Positions 1 through 8,749 are shown, numbered from the stretch's first letter. The stretch is DNA of 35,270 nucleotides from an uncultured Oscillospiraceae bacterium (GCA_964560565.1 CAZLMF010000005.1:1-35270); one strand, 5' to 3'. Numbers and translations: made by a program. The notes: generated by a model from the sequence alone, not told the origin.

Positions 1-66
1 ATCTATATCTTACCATATCATCTTCCAATTGTCAACAGATTTATACAATTGCTTCAAAAAATCCCT

Positions 67-101
67 CGAACAAACGTTTGATTTTTGCGAACGTTTGTGC
101 T
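67..101 (+). promoter_or_regulatory. Two tandem Cheo-type LexA (SOS) boxes
   Basis: CGAACAAACGTTTG at 67-80 has 1 mismatch to the Gram-positive consensus CGAAC-N4-GTTCG. CGAACGTTTGTGCT at 88-101 has 2 mismatches. The box starts are 21 bp apart, and they cover the -35 and spacer of the promoter at 78-106. Confidence 0.6.
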
Positions 102-106
102 ATACT
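78..106 (+). promoter_or_regulatory. sigmaA-type promoter of the radical-SAM operon
   Basis: -35 TTGATT (78-83), 17-nt spacer, extended -10 TGcTATACT (98-106). It lies about 40 nt upstream of the ATG at 146. RBS AAGGGGGG at about 132-139. Confidence 0.55.
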
Positions 107-145
107 ATACCTAACAAACACAGTAACTTCTAAGGGGGGTGTAAA

Positions 146-1456
146 ATGGAACTACTTGATAAGCTGCGTATATTGGGTGCGGCGGCGAAATATGACGTTG
201 CATGCACCTCGAGCGGCTCTAGCCGCGGCGCTGTGCAAGGGGCAATCGGCAATGCTGTTGCCTGCGGTATATGCCATAGCTTCGCCCCCGACGGCAGGTG
301 CATTTCCCTGCTAAAGGTGCTTATGACCAACTACTGCATAAACGACTGCAAGTACTGCCACAGCCGCAGTTCAAACGACATCGAGCGCGCGGCGTTTACG
401 CCGCAGGAGCTTGCCGACCTCACTATTTCCTTTTATAGGCGCAACTATATCGAGGGGCTTTTTCTGTCCTCGGGAATTATCAAGTCCCCCGACTATACCA
501 CCGAGCTTTTGTGCAAGACCATTGAGCTTTTGCGCACGGAGTACCGCTTCAACGGCTATATCCACGCAAAGGCTATCCCAGGCACTTCGCCGGAGCTTAT
601 AACAAGGCTTGGCACGCTTGTTGACCGCATGAGCGTCAACATCGAGCTACCCTCTGAACAGTCACTTATCAAACTTTGCCCACAGAAGACAAAGCAGTCC
701 ATTTTGTCCCCTATGAAGCAAATCAGCCGTTCCATTGCCCAAAGCTCGAGTGAGCTTACCCTTTATCGCCACGCCGCTCCCTTTGCGCCTGCAGGGCAAA
801 GCACGCAAATGATAATTGGCGCAACTCCCGATTCGGATTTGCAGATTTTGCGCCTGTCGGAGGGACTATATAATAAGTACAAGCTAAAGCGAGTTTTCTA
901 CTCTGCATATATTCCTGTGGGGGATGAGAGAATGCTCCCCGCTGTGGCTACCCCTATGCTGCGTGAGCATAGGCTTTATCAAGCGGATTGGCTACTGCGG
1001 TTTTACGGCTTTAATGCAAGCGAAATCCTTGATGAAAACTCCCCCTCCCTTGATATATACCTTGACCCTAAATGCAACTGGGCGGTTAACCATTTAGAGA
1101 ACTTCCCTGTGGAAATCAATAAAGCCCCCTATGACACGCTTTTGCGTGTTCCGGGGATTGGCGTTATCACCGCAAAGCGCATTGTTGCCGCTCGCAGGTC
1201 TCAAAGGCTTGACTTTGACCACCTAAAACGCATGGGGATTGTGCTTAAGCGTGCTCAATATTTTATCACCTGCTCAGGCAAGCTGCGTGAGGGTGTGAAG
1301 TTCAACCAAAGCTTTATTTACAGCAATTTAGTGCAGGACGGTAAGCAACATTTGCCCAACCTACCAAGCGAGCATGAGCAGCTTTCGCTGCTTGCCCCTG
1401 CTCCTATTACAATGCTAAGCGGCTCACCTCTAATGCTAAGGGAGGCTAGTGTATGA
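146..1456 (+). CDS. Radical SAM protein, putative DNA modification/repair type (TIGR03916-like) with C-terminal helix-hairpin-helix
   Basis: 436 aa. CX3CX2C motif CINDCKYC (nt 335-358). Extra N-terminal Cys residues (C20, C40, C43, C52). HhH-like LLRVPGIGVITAKRIVAARR. The N-terminus MELLDKLRILGAAAKYDV.C is typical of this family as I recall it. Confidence 0.85.
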   Translation: MELLDKLRILGAAAKYDVACTSSGSSRGAVQGAIGNAVACGICHSFAPDGRCISLLKVLMTNYCINDCKYCHSRSSNDIERAAFTPQELADLTISFYRRNYIEGLFLSSGIIKSPDYTTELLCKTIELLRTEYRFNGYIHAKAIPGTSPELITRLGTLVDRMSVNIELPSEQSLIKLCPQKTKQSILSPMKQISRSIAQSSSELTLYRHAAPFAPAGQSTQMIIGATPDSDLQILRLSEGLYNKYKLKRVFYSAYIPVGDERMLPAVATPMLREHRLYQADWLLRFYGFNASEILDENSPSLDIYLDPKCNWAVNHLENFPVEINKAPYDTLLRVPGIGVITAKRIVAARRSQRLDFDHLKRMGIVLKRAQYFITCSGKLREGVKFNQSFIYSNLVQDGKQHLPNLPSEHEQLSLLAPAPITMLSGSPLMLREASV

Positions 1457-2187
1457 ACTACCTTTATGACGGCAGTTTTGAGGGCTTGCTATGCAGTATA
1501 TTCGAGGCGTTTGAGCGCAAGGAATACCCTGACGCTATTTTGCCTGATGAGGATGCACAATGCACCCTTGATAAAATGCGTGAAATTGAAACCGATTTGG
1601 AGAAATCCCGCCGTGTATATGATGGCATAGGGCGCAAAATCAGCGCACTTGCCCTTGAGAATGCTTACGTGTGCTTTCTATCCAAAGACTTAGATGCAAG
1701 CAGAGTGCTCCTTGAATACCTGCGGCTCGGCTTTAAGCATGGGCGCAAGGTGGATGAAAGGCTTGCCGAGGATTCAGTTATGAAAGTGACGAGAATTGCT
1801 CGCAATGTCAACATGGAAAAGCACCACTATGTTGGGTTTTTACGTTTTTCCTCCCTTGAGGGTGGACTTTACTTTGCGCAGTTTGAGCCTGAAAACAATG
1901 TTTTGCCGCTTTTGATGCCCCATTTTGCGGATAGGCTTAATACACAACCCTTTATCGTACACGATAATAACCGCAAGGTTGCAGGGGTATATAACGGGAC
2001 AGATTGGTTTCTGATAAGCTCCGCCTCCATGAACTTACCCGAATATTCCTCCGATGAAATGGAGTATAGGCGGCTTTGGAAGGGCTTCTTTGACGCTATC
2101 GGAATAAAGGAGCGTGCAAGCCGCAAAAGACAAAGACAGATGATGCCACTCAAATACCGCAAATATATGTGGGAAACTCAGGGATAA
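1453..2187 (+). CDS. DUF4130 / TIGR03915-like probable DNA metabolism protein, partner of the radical SAM protein
   Basis: 244 aa. The start overlaps the upstream stop as ATGA (1453-1456), with GGAGG at 1441-1445. The N-terminal YDGSFEGLLCSIFEAFE is characteristic of the family that is always adjacent to TIGR03916 radical SAM genes (recalled knowledge). Confidence 0.75.
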   Translation: MNYLYDGSFEGLLCSIFEAFERKEYPDAILPDEDAQCTLDKMREIETDLEKSRRVYDGIGRKISALALENAYVCFLSKDLDASRVLLEYLRLGFKHGRKVDERLAEDSVMKVTRIARNVNMEKHHYVGFLRFSSLEGGLYFAQFEPENNVLPLLMPHFADRLNTQPFIVHDNNRKVAGVYNGTDWFLISSASMNLPEYSSDEMEYRRLWKGFFDAIGIKERASRKRQRQMMPLKYRKYMWETQG

Positions 2188-2199
2188 TGCTATATACAC

Positions 2200-2231
2200 A
2201 AAATGCGCCCCCAATGCTTGGAGCGCATTTT
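2200..2231. terminator. Bidirectional intrinsic terminator between convergent genes
   Basis: AAAATGCGC (2200-2208) pairs with GCGCATTTT (2223-2231), with an inner CCAA/TTGG helix. A/T runs on both sides give a U-tract in either orientation. Confidence 0.6.
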
Positions 2232-2256
2232 GCGTCGTATAGTTTTGAGTTTGCTT

Positions 2257-3852
2257 TTACTTTATAGAAGATGCAACTGCTGCCTTTTCAATTGCAAGAC
2301 CAGCCTTAAAGTTATCCATATATGCGCTATATCCTTCAATATCGCCCTTTTCAGGGGATAAGCAACTACCCTTTTGGTTTACAAAAACCTTGTTGTTTAG
2401 GAAGTCAGTAAGCTCCTGTGATTTATCCTCACGAGCTTGATATGCCGCAAGCAGTGCAATACCCCATGCGCCGCCTTCACCAGCTGACTCCATAACAGCC
2501 ACAGGCACTTCAAGTGCTGCCGCTAAAAATCGCTGCCCTGTTATAGGGGACTTAAACAGCCCGCCGTGAGCGAACATTTTCTCTATAACAACATTCTCCT
2601 GCTTGAACAGAATATCCATGCCTATCTTTAAGGTAGCCATGCAGGAATAAATGAGACTTCTCATAAGGTTTGCAATATTAAACTCCGATTCGGGAGTGCG
2701 TACAAGGAGGGGTCTGCCCTGCGTCAAGCCTATTACATGCTCACCTGAATGGTAGTTGTAAGTAAGCACTCCGCCGCAATCGGGCTTTCCAGATAGTGCC
2801 GCTTCATATAGCTTGTCGTAAAGCTGCGGCTTAGAAATGCTAAATCCTAGGGTTTCTAGTGTGTCATTTAGCATTTGTACCCAAGTGTCCAAATCTGTGG
2901 TGCAGTTATTGCAATGCACCATTGCAACTGGACTTCCGCAAGGGGTGGTGACAATGTCAATTTCCTTGTGTACCGACTTTAGGTCATGCTCAAGAACAAC
3001 CATAGCAAAGATTGAAGTCCCTGCTGAAACATTGCCTGTTTTCTGCGCAATGCTGTTGGTTGCGGTCATGCCTGTTCCTGCGTCACCCTCGGGTGGGCAT
3101 AGTGCAATGCCTGCCTGTAAAGTGCCTGTGGGGTCAAGTAGCTTTGCGCCACTCTCGGTAAGCTTACCTGCGCATTGACCGACACTTATAATATTAGGTA
3201 GAATATCGGAAAGCGCCCAGTTAAAGCCGCAATCAGCGGTAAGTGCAATGAATTTATCCATCATACTTGAATTATATTCCTTTGAATCGGGGTCTATGGG
3301 GAACATGCCTGACGCATCACCGATGCCCAATACCTTTTCCCCCGTAAGCTGCCAATGAACATACCCTGCAAGGGTGGTAAAGAAATTAAGCTTTGAAACA
3401 TGCTCCTCATTGTTGAGAATAGCTTGGTACAGATGCGCAATGCTCCACCTTTGAGGAATGTTGAAGTCAAAGGCATCAGTTAGAATATCTGCCGCCTGCT
3501 CGGTAATAGTGTTGCGCCAAGTGCGAAATGGCACAAGGAGCTTATCATTCTCATCAAATGCCAGATAGCCATGCATCATTGCTGATACGCCGATAGAAGC
3601 GGCATTCTCAAGCTTTACGGCATATTTCTCCCACACATTGTCTGCAAGGCTTTTAAAGCTGCCTTGCATTCCCTTCCAAACATCATCTAGGGTGTACGTC
3701 CATATACCGTCCTCTAGGCGGTTTTCCCAATCATATGCCCCCGATGCAATGGGCGAAAAGTCCTCACCAATTAAAACTGACTTAATGCGTGTTGAGCCTA
3801 GCTCTATTCCAATAGAGGTCTTGCCCTCTTGAATTTGTTTTGCTATGTTCAT
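2257..3852 (-). CDS. FGGY-family carbohydrate kinase (xylulokinase / AraK-type ribulokinase-like)
   Basis: N-terminal GIELGSTRIKSV phosphate-binding motif, GDAGTGM, and C-terminal HGGLFK. I chose the ATG at 3852 (MNIAKQ...) because AAGGAG lies 8 nt upstream. The track's GTG at 3858 is only 2 nt from that RBS. Confidence 0.85.
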   Translation of the reverse strand: MNIAKQIQEGKTSIGIELGSTRIKSVLIGEDFSPIASGAYDWENRLEDGIWTYTLDDVWKGMQGSFKSLADNVWEKYAVKLENAASIGVSAMMHGYLAFDENDKLLVPFRTWRNTITEQAADILTDAFDFNIPQRWSIAHLYQAILNNEEHVSKLNFFTTLAGYVHWQLTGEKVLGIGDASGMFPIDPDSKEYNSSMMDKFIALTADCGFNWALSDILPNIISVGQCAGKLTESGAKLLDPTGTLQAGIALCPPEGDAGTGMTATNSIAQKTGNVSAGTSIFAMVVLEHDLKSVHKEIDIVTTPCGSPVAMVHCNNCTTDLDTWVQMLNDTLETLGFSISKPQLYDKLYEAALSGKPDCGGVLTYNYHSGEHVIGLTQGRPLLVRTPESEFNIANLMRSLIYSCMATLKIGMDILFKQENVVIEKMFAHGGLFKSPITGQRFLAAALEVPVAVMESAGEGGAWGIALLAAYQAREDKSQELTDFLNNKVFVNQKGSCLSPEKGDIEGYSAYMDNFKAGLAIEKAAVASSIK

Positions 3853-3857
3853 CTGCA

Positions 3858-4946
3858 CTACTCCTTGCTTATTACTGCTTTCTTTATGTTTTTTGCAAAG
3901 CTCTTTTTATTTTTTCGTGACATAACAATACTCTGTACTACTAAGAACACACATAGCATTGCCGCAACTGTAATACCCGTCCACCATGCCTGATCGAGTC
4001 CAACAGATGAAACTATGTTTTGAATTGTACTAAGCGACATTACACCAAAGAACGTGCCTATAATGTTTCCTACGCCACCTGTGAGCATTGTGCCGCCGAT
4101 AATGGAGGAAGCAATAGCGTTCATCTCCGCTCCACTTGCGTGGGTTGCTGAGCCTGAGCCAACGTGCATAAAGTACACATATCCGCCCACGCCTGCAAGC
4201 AGTCCGCTTAAAAGGTAGGATAAAAACTTTGTGCGCTTGACGTTTATGCCGAGTGTCAATGCGCTTTGACTGTTTCCGCCCACAGCGTAAAATCCTCTGC
4301 CAAGCTTTGTCCATTTAAGTACGAAGAAAAGTATAGCCACCACAAGCAGCGCAACGATTACTCCTATTTCTATGTAGGCGTTGACGTAGTTGCCTATCTT
4401 ATTGGTTGAGCCAAGCCCCGGGAGGATAATGCGTGTTTCCTTTAGGGCAACAAAACTTTCGTTTTGAACATTAAATGGGTATGTGTTGACAATTGTGGTC
4501 ATACCACGGGAGAAAAACAGCCCTGCTAAGGTAACTATAAATGGTTGAATTTCAAGGTATGCAATTAGAAATCCATGTACCAGTCCAAACGCAAGACCTA
4601 TACCCAATGCAAGGAGCATTGACATAAACACATTGCCGTTATGGTGGTCAAGGTAAACCGCACAGCTCATGCTGACAAGGGCTGTTACACCACCTACGGA
4701 AATATCTATTCCTCCTGTAATCATTACAACGCTCATTCCGCAAGATAAAATTATCAAAGCGGCATTTCCGTTTAGTATATTAAACAGGGTTTGTGGCTTT
4801 AGAAAGCCTTTCCCAAGGAAAATCATTGCGCCTATGTACATTAGGAAGAACACCACGATAGTGATAAGAAGCAGTAGATTAGTGTCGTTGGAATTACGGA
4901 ATTTATCCCGTATGAAGCCTACTCCCTTATTATTCTTGACTGTCAT
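3858..4946 (-). CDS. Sugar ABC transporter permease (YjfF-like, BPD/ribose-type)
   Basis: 362 aa, multi-pass hydrophobic protein. The start is coupled to the upstream permease stop (TAAtATG at 4944-4950). Confidence 0.85.
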   Translation of the reverse strand: MTVKNNKGVGFIRDKFRNSNDTNLLLLITIVVFFLMYIGAMIFLGKGFLKPQTLFNILNGNAALIILSCGMSVVMITGGIDISVGGVTALVSMSCAVYLDHHNGNVFMSMLLALGIGLAFGLVHGFLIAYLEIQPFIVTLAGLFFSRGMTTIVNTYPFNVQNESFVALKETRIILPGLGSTNKIGNYVNAYIEIGVIVALLVVAILFFVLKWTKLGRGFYAVGGNSQSALTLGINVKRTKFLSYLLSGLLAGVGGYVYFMHVGSGSATHASGAEMNAIASSIIGGTMLTGGVGNIIGTFFGVMSLSTIQNIVSSVGLDQAWWTGITVAAMLCVFLVVQSIVMSRKNKKSFAKNIKKAVISKE

Positions 4947-4947
4947 A

Positions 4948-6048
4948 TTAACACTCCCCCTTTTCCGGCTGTGAACGCTTTAGCTTTTTGAAAAGGTCGG
5001 ACATCTTTTCCTTTACAATTGGAGAGCTTATAACCACTAAAATTATAACAACAACTGCCTTGTATGCCGAAAGTGCATCTGATTGTACTTTGAACTTATA
5101 TAGTGTCGTTGTAAGTAGCTGAATAACGTATGCACCGATTATTGAGGCGCTCATGCGGAACTTGCCGCCACTTAAAGCGTTTCCGCCAAGTGCAACTGCA
5201 AGAATGGCATCCATTTCAATATCCTTTGCAACAACTGAATAGTTGATTGTGGAAAGCCTGCTCACCTTAATAAAGCCTGCAACTGCAACGCATAGACCTA
5301 AGATGACAAAGGAAAGAAACTTAATCCATGCTGGGTTTAAACCATTGAGGCGAGCCGATCTGTCATTTGCGCCTACGGACTGAGTGTAAAGCCCAAGGTT
5401 TGTAAAGCGCTGTGCAAGGGCAATAAGTATCATGCAGCCAATCGCTATGAAAACCGGAGTCGGAATGGGTATGCCAGGGATAAAGCCGCCGAAATATGTA
5501 AAGGTTGCATCCTTTACTATGGGTAGCTCATTGTTGTTTATCCATGCCGCTATGGAGCGCCCTGCGGTAAAGAGAATAAGCGTCGCTACCATTGGTTGTA
5601 TCTTGAAAACCGCAACCAGAGTGCCGTTAAATGCACCAAACAACATCGCAACCACGCAACTTACCAAAAATGCAACTATAATGGGAGCTTGAAGCTCCTC
5701 AGGACGCGAATTTGAGCCGCATAGCACTTTGAGTACAACGCTGCCGCTTATTGCTATTGCAGCGCCTACGCTTATATCCTGCCCTCCGCAAGCGGAAGTC
5801 ACTAGAGTCATGCCGATTGCAAGGATTGCAAGCTCCGAGCCGTAGTCTAAAATAGTCATTAGGTAGCCCGACAAAACGGGGTCCCCTGCGCTATTTTGAC
5901 CAAGTGTAATCTTAAAAAAGGACGGATCGGCGATTAAATTGAATAATGCAAGCAGCAGTAAAGCTGCAATAGGTATGAAGATTTGCTTTTTTACTATTCT
6001 AACTAAAATGTTGGGTTGTTGTGGGCCGCTAATTAGTTGCTTGCTCAT
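4948..6048 (-). CDS. Sugar ABC transporter permease (YtfT-like)
   Basis: Multi-pass membrane protein. I prefer the ATG at 6048 (MSKQLISG...), preceded by GGAGGTG about 9 nt upstream, over the track's TTG at 6069. It still overlaps the ATPase 3' end by 20 nt. Confidence 0.8.
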   Translation of the reverse strand: MSKQLISGPQQPNILVRIVKKQIFIPIAALLLLALFNLIADPSFFKITLGQNSAGDPVLSGYLMTILDYGSELAILAIGMTLVTSACGGQDISVGAAIAISGSVVLKVLCGSNSRPEELQAPIIVAFLVSCVVAMLFGAFNGTLVAVFKIQPMVATLILFTAGRSIAAWINNNELPIVKDATFTYFGGFIPGIPIPTPVFIAIGCMILIALAQRFTNLGLYTQSVGANDRSARLNGLNPAWIKFLSFVILGLCVAVAGFIKVSRLSTINYSVVAKDIEMDAILAVALGGNALSGGKFRMSASIIGAYVIQLLTTTLYKFKVQSDALSAYKAVVVIILVVISSPIVKEKMSDLFKKLKRSQPEKGEC

Positions 6049-7564
6049 TATTTTCGTCACCTCCGGCAATTGTTTTCATAATTAGATTTTGAGTTAGGTT
6101 TTCCCCTGTAAGCTCCCCTATTACTTTGCGGTCTCTCATGACGATTATGCGTGAGCATACTCGCAGCATTTCATCGGTTTCAGAGGATATAAAGGTAATG
6201 CTCATGCCCTCAGATGCAAGCTTTAGCACAAGTTTTTGAATGTCAATCTTTGTGCCTACATCAATACCCCTTGTAGGCTCATCTAAAATGAGGTATTCAG
6301 GGTTTGTAAGCAGCCATCTTGCAAGAATTACCTTTTGCTGATTGCCCCCTGATAGGGCCTTAATCGGCGTGTTGGCGGAGGGAGTTTTAATGCCTAGAAG
6401 CTTTATGTACTCATCCGCAAAAGCAGTGGCTTGTGACCTTGTAAATGGCTTAAAGAATCCTTTAGAAACTTGCAGGGCAAGAATGATATTCTCGCGCACT
6501 GAAAGCTCGCCTATAATGCCGTCCCCCTTGCGGTCCTCGGGGAGGTAGCCTATTTTATTCTTCATAGCGTCAATGGGTTTTGTGATTTTAACCTTTTTGC
6601 CATTCATTTCCACTTCGCCATCAAGGACTTTATCTGCGCCAAAAATCGCACGCACACATTCGCTTCTGCCCGAACCTAAAAGCCCTGCAAATCCGTTTAC
6701 CTCGCCCTTGCGTATGTGAAAGTCAAAGGGCTTTACGCCTGTTGAGCTTGTAAGCTCCTTTGCATCGAAAACGGGAGCGGCTTTGTGATCCCCGCAATAT
6801 TCCTTACATTCGCTGTTAATATCAGAAAGGTCATCTAGCTCCTTGCCAAGCATCTTAGAAACAAGCTTTACACGGGGCAAGTCCTTAATCTCATATTCAC
6901 CCACAAGCTTACCGTCACGCAGGACGGTGATTTTGTCGCAAACCTCATATACTTGGTCTAGGAAGTGGGTGACAAAGATAATGCCAACTCCTTTTTCCTT
7001 GAGGTTGCGCATTAGAGTGAATAGCTTATGAACCTCATGGTCATCGAGAGATGAAGTAGGCTCATCTAGTATTAGAACCTTGCATTCCATATCAACGGCT
7101 CTTGCTATTGCAACCATCTGCTGAACTGCAATTGAGCAGCTGCCTAGCTGCTGTTTGGGCTTTGCTGATATGCCAAGCTCTTTTAGGATTTTTTCCGCAT
7201 CGGAATAGATTTTCTTCCAATTATGGACTGCATCCTTAGTGCGTCCTATAAACATATTTTCAGCCACTGAAAGATTAGGGCAAAGAGTAATCTCCTGATA
7301 AACGGTGCTAATTCCAAGCCTTTGTGCATCCTGCGGTGATTTTATTGACACTGCCGAATCTCTCCCTTTAAGAAAGATTTGACCGGACTCCCTTTGATAT
7401 ACCCCCGTCAGAACCTTAATCAACGTGGATTTCCCTGCGCCATTCTCACCCATCAGGGCGTGGATTTCCCCTTCGCATAAGTTGAAGTCTACATTTTGTA
7501 GAGCGCGTACTCCGGGAAATGACTTACATATATTGCGCATTTCGAGTATTGCACCATCCTGCAT
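6029..7564 (-). CDS. Sugar ABC transporter ATP-binding protein, duplicated ATPase (YtfR/RbsA-like)
   Basis: 511 aa. Walker A GENGAGKST, signatures LSGGNQQK and SIAVQQ, Walker B LILDEPT twice. AAGGAGG RBS at 7574-7580. Confidence 0.92.
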   Translation of the reverse strand: MQDGAILEMRNICKSFPGVRALQNVDFNLCEGEIHALMGENGAGKSTLIKVLTGVYQRESGQIFLKGRDSAVSIKSPQDAQRLGISTVYQEITLCPNLSVAENMFIGRTKDAVHNWKKIYSDAEKILKELGISAKPKQQLGSCSIAVQQMVAIARAVDMECKVLILDEPTSSLDDHEVHKLFTLMRNLKEKGVGIIFVTHFLDQVYEVCDKITVLRDGKLVGEYEIKDLPRVKLVSKMLGKELDDLSDINSECKEYCGDHKAAPVFDAKELTSSTGVKPFDFHIRKGEVNGFAGLLGSGRSECVRAIFGADKVLDGEVEMNGKKVKITKPIDAMKNKIGYLPEDRKGDGIIGELSVRENIILALQVSKGFFKPFTRSQATAFADEYIKLLGIKTPSANTPIKALSGGNQQKVILARWLLTNPEYLILDEPTRGIDVGTKIDIQKLVLKLASEGMSITFISSETDEMLRVCSRIIVMRDRKVIGELTGENLTQNLIMKTIAGGDENNEQATN

Positions 7565-7607
7565 ATCGGAATTCCTCCTTTAATGTGTAAACTTACGCTT
7601 TGTAGTG

Positions 7608-7663
7608 AAAAAGCGTGGCGTAGTCGTAGGGACATCGTCCTCATACGCTGCACCACGCTCTTT
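7608..7663 (-). terminator. Intra-operon stem-loop with U-tract between the binding-protein and ATPase genes
   Basis: The outer stem AGCGTGG (7612-7618) pairs with CCACGCT (7653-7659), with inner CGTA/TACG and GGAC/GTCC pairings. On the minus strand the stem is followed by TTTTT (complement of 7608-7612). Confidence 0.5.
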
Positions 7664-7695
7664 AATTACTTGTTAGTTAACGTACAATACAGTTA

Positions 7696-8664
7696 TTAGA
7701 TACCGTACTTGTCGACGTCCTCTTGTGTTATTGTAGTAGCATCAAAGCCCTTTTCTTCCATTATAACAACCTTTTGAGCAGGAGACTTACCATTTTCAAG
7801 ATCCTTGATAATGTCGTTTATGTAGGAAGCCTGGAAGGGGTTGCACTGACCGTTATAGTTCCAGTTTTGAGCAAGTAGCTCCTCAAGAGCCCATTTATTG
7901 CAGTCAAATCCCATGATAATAACGTCTTTGCCAACGCCATGTGAAATGTTAGCCTTGTCAAGAGCTGCAACAGCGCCCTTAGCCATGTCATCGTTCTCAG
8001 CGTAGACTACGTTGAAGCTTTCGCCGGAGTCGATAACTGACTGAACGATCTGCTGTGCTTTCTCTGCGTTCCATTCAGCGGTCTGCTGTGTAACAAGCTT
8101 CCATCCTAGTGATGAAGCAGCGGTATCCAACGCGCCTGAACGTCCCTTTTGAGCAGCTGAGCCCATAACGCCCTGAATGTGAATAACGTTGTACTCGGTA
8201 AGCGCCTGGCCCTTTAGCCAATCAACAGCGGTTTCGCCTTCCTTAGCCATGTCTGAAACAATGGATGCTTCATATAAGCTTTCGCTAGCGTCAATTGTGC
8301 GGTCAAATAGTATTACCTTGATGCCTGCTTCCTGTGCATCCTTTAGAACTGAATCCCAGCCTGATGTATCAGCAGCGGAAAGAAGAAGATACTCAACACC
8401 GTCTTGGATGAATTTCTGAGCAGCAGCTATCTGCTCGTCGTTCTTTAGGCTGTATGCAAAGGATGCATCATAGCCTTTCGCTTCGGTAAAGGTTTCCTTC
8501 ATATCTTTATCGTTTGCAGTACGGTAGCCAGATTCGCTAGGGTCGTTGTTGATGATACCTACTTTAATCAATCCACCCTCTTCTTCTGCTGGCTCTTTGT
8601 TACATCCAGCTAATGACAAGCATAAAGCTGCCGCCATAGCACATGCAAGAAGTTTCTTAAACAT
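7696..8664 (-). CDS. Sugar ABC transporter substrate-binding lipoprotein (YtfQ-like, periplasmic binding protein type I)
   Basis: The start at ATG 8664 (MFKKLLACAMAAALCLSLAGC) has GGAGG 8 nt upstream. Lipobox LAGC. Gene order SBP-ATPase-permease-permease matches ytfQRT-yjfF. Confidence 0.88.
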   Translation of the reverse strand: MFKKLLACAMAAALCLSLAGCNKEPAEEEGGLIKVGIINNDPSESGYRTANDKDMKETFTEAKGYDASFAYSLKNDEQIAAAQKFIQDGVEYLLLSAADTSGWDSVLKDAQEAGIKVILFDRTIDASESLYEASIVSDMAKEGETAVDWLKGQALTEYNVIHIQGVMGSAAQKGRSGALDTAASSLGWKLVTQQTAEWNAEKAQQIVQSVIDSGESFNVVYAENDDMAKGAVAALDKANISHGVGKDVIIMGFDCNKWALEELLAQNWNYNGQCNPFQASYINDIIKDLENGKSPAQKVVIMEEKGFDATTITQEDVDKYGI

Positions 8665-8720
8665 TATTACTACCTCCAATTTAGTTTGTCACTCAAAGTG
8701 CAATCTTGTATTTACATTAT

Positions 8721-8749
8721 ATTATACGTGTCCGTACAAGTATACCTAA
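8721..8749 (-). promoter_or_regulatory. Candidate promoter of the ABC operon with an embedded 22-bp palindromic operator
   Basis: Minus-strand -10 TATAAT (8721-8726), 17-nt spacer, weak -35 TTAGGT (8744-8749). The palindrome TATACGTGTCCGTACAAGTATA (8723-8744) is 18/22 self-complementary, and its core resembles the TTGTAC-GTACAA AraR-type box. Confidence 0.4.
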
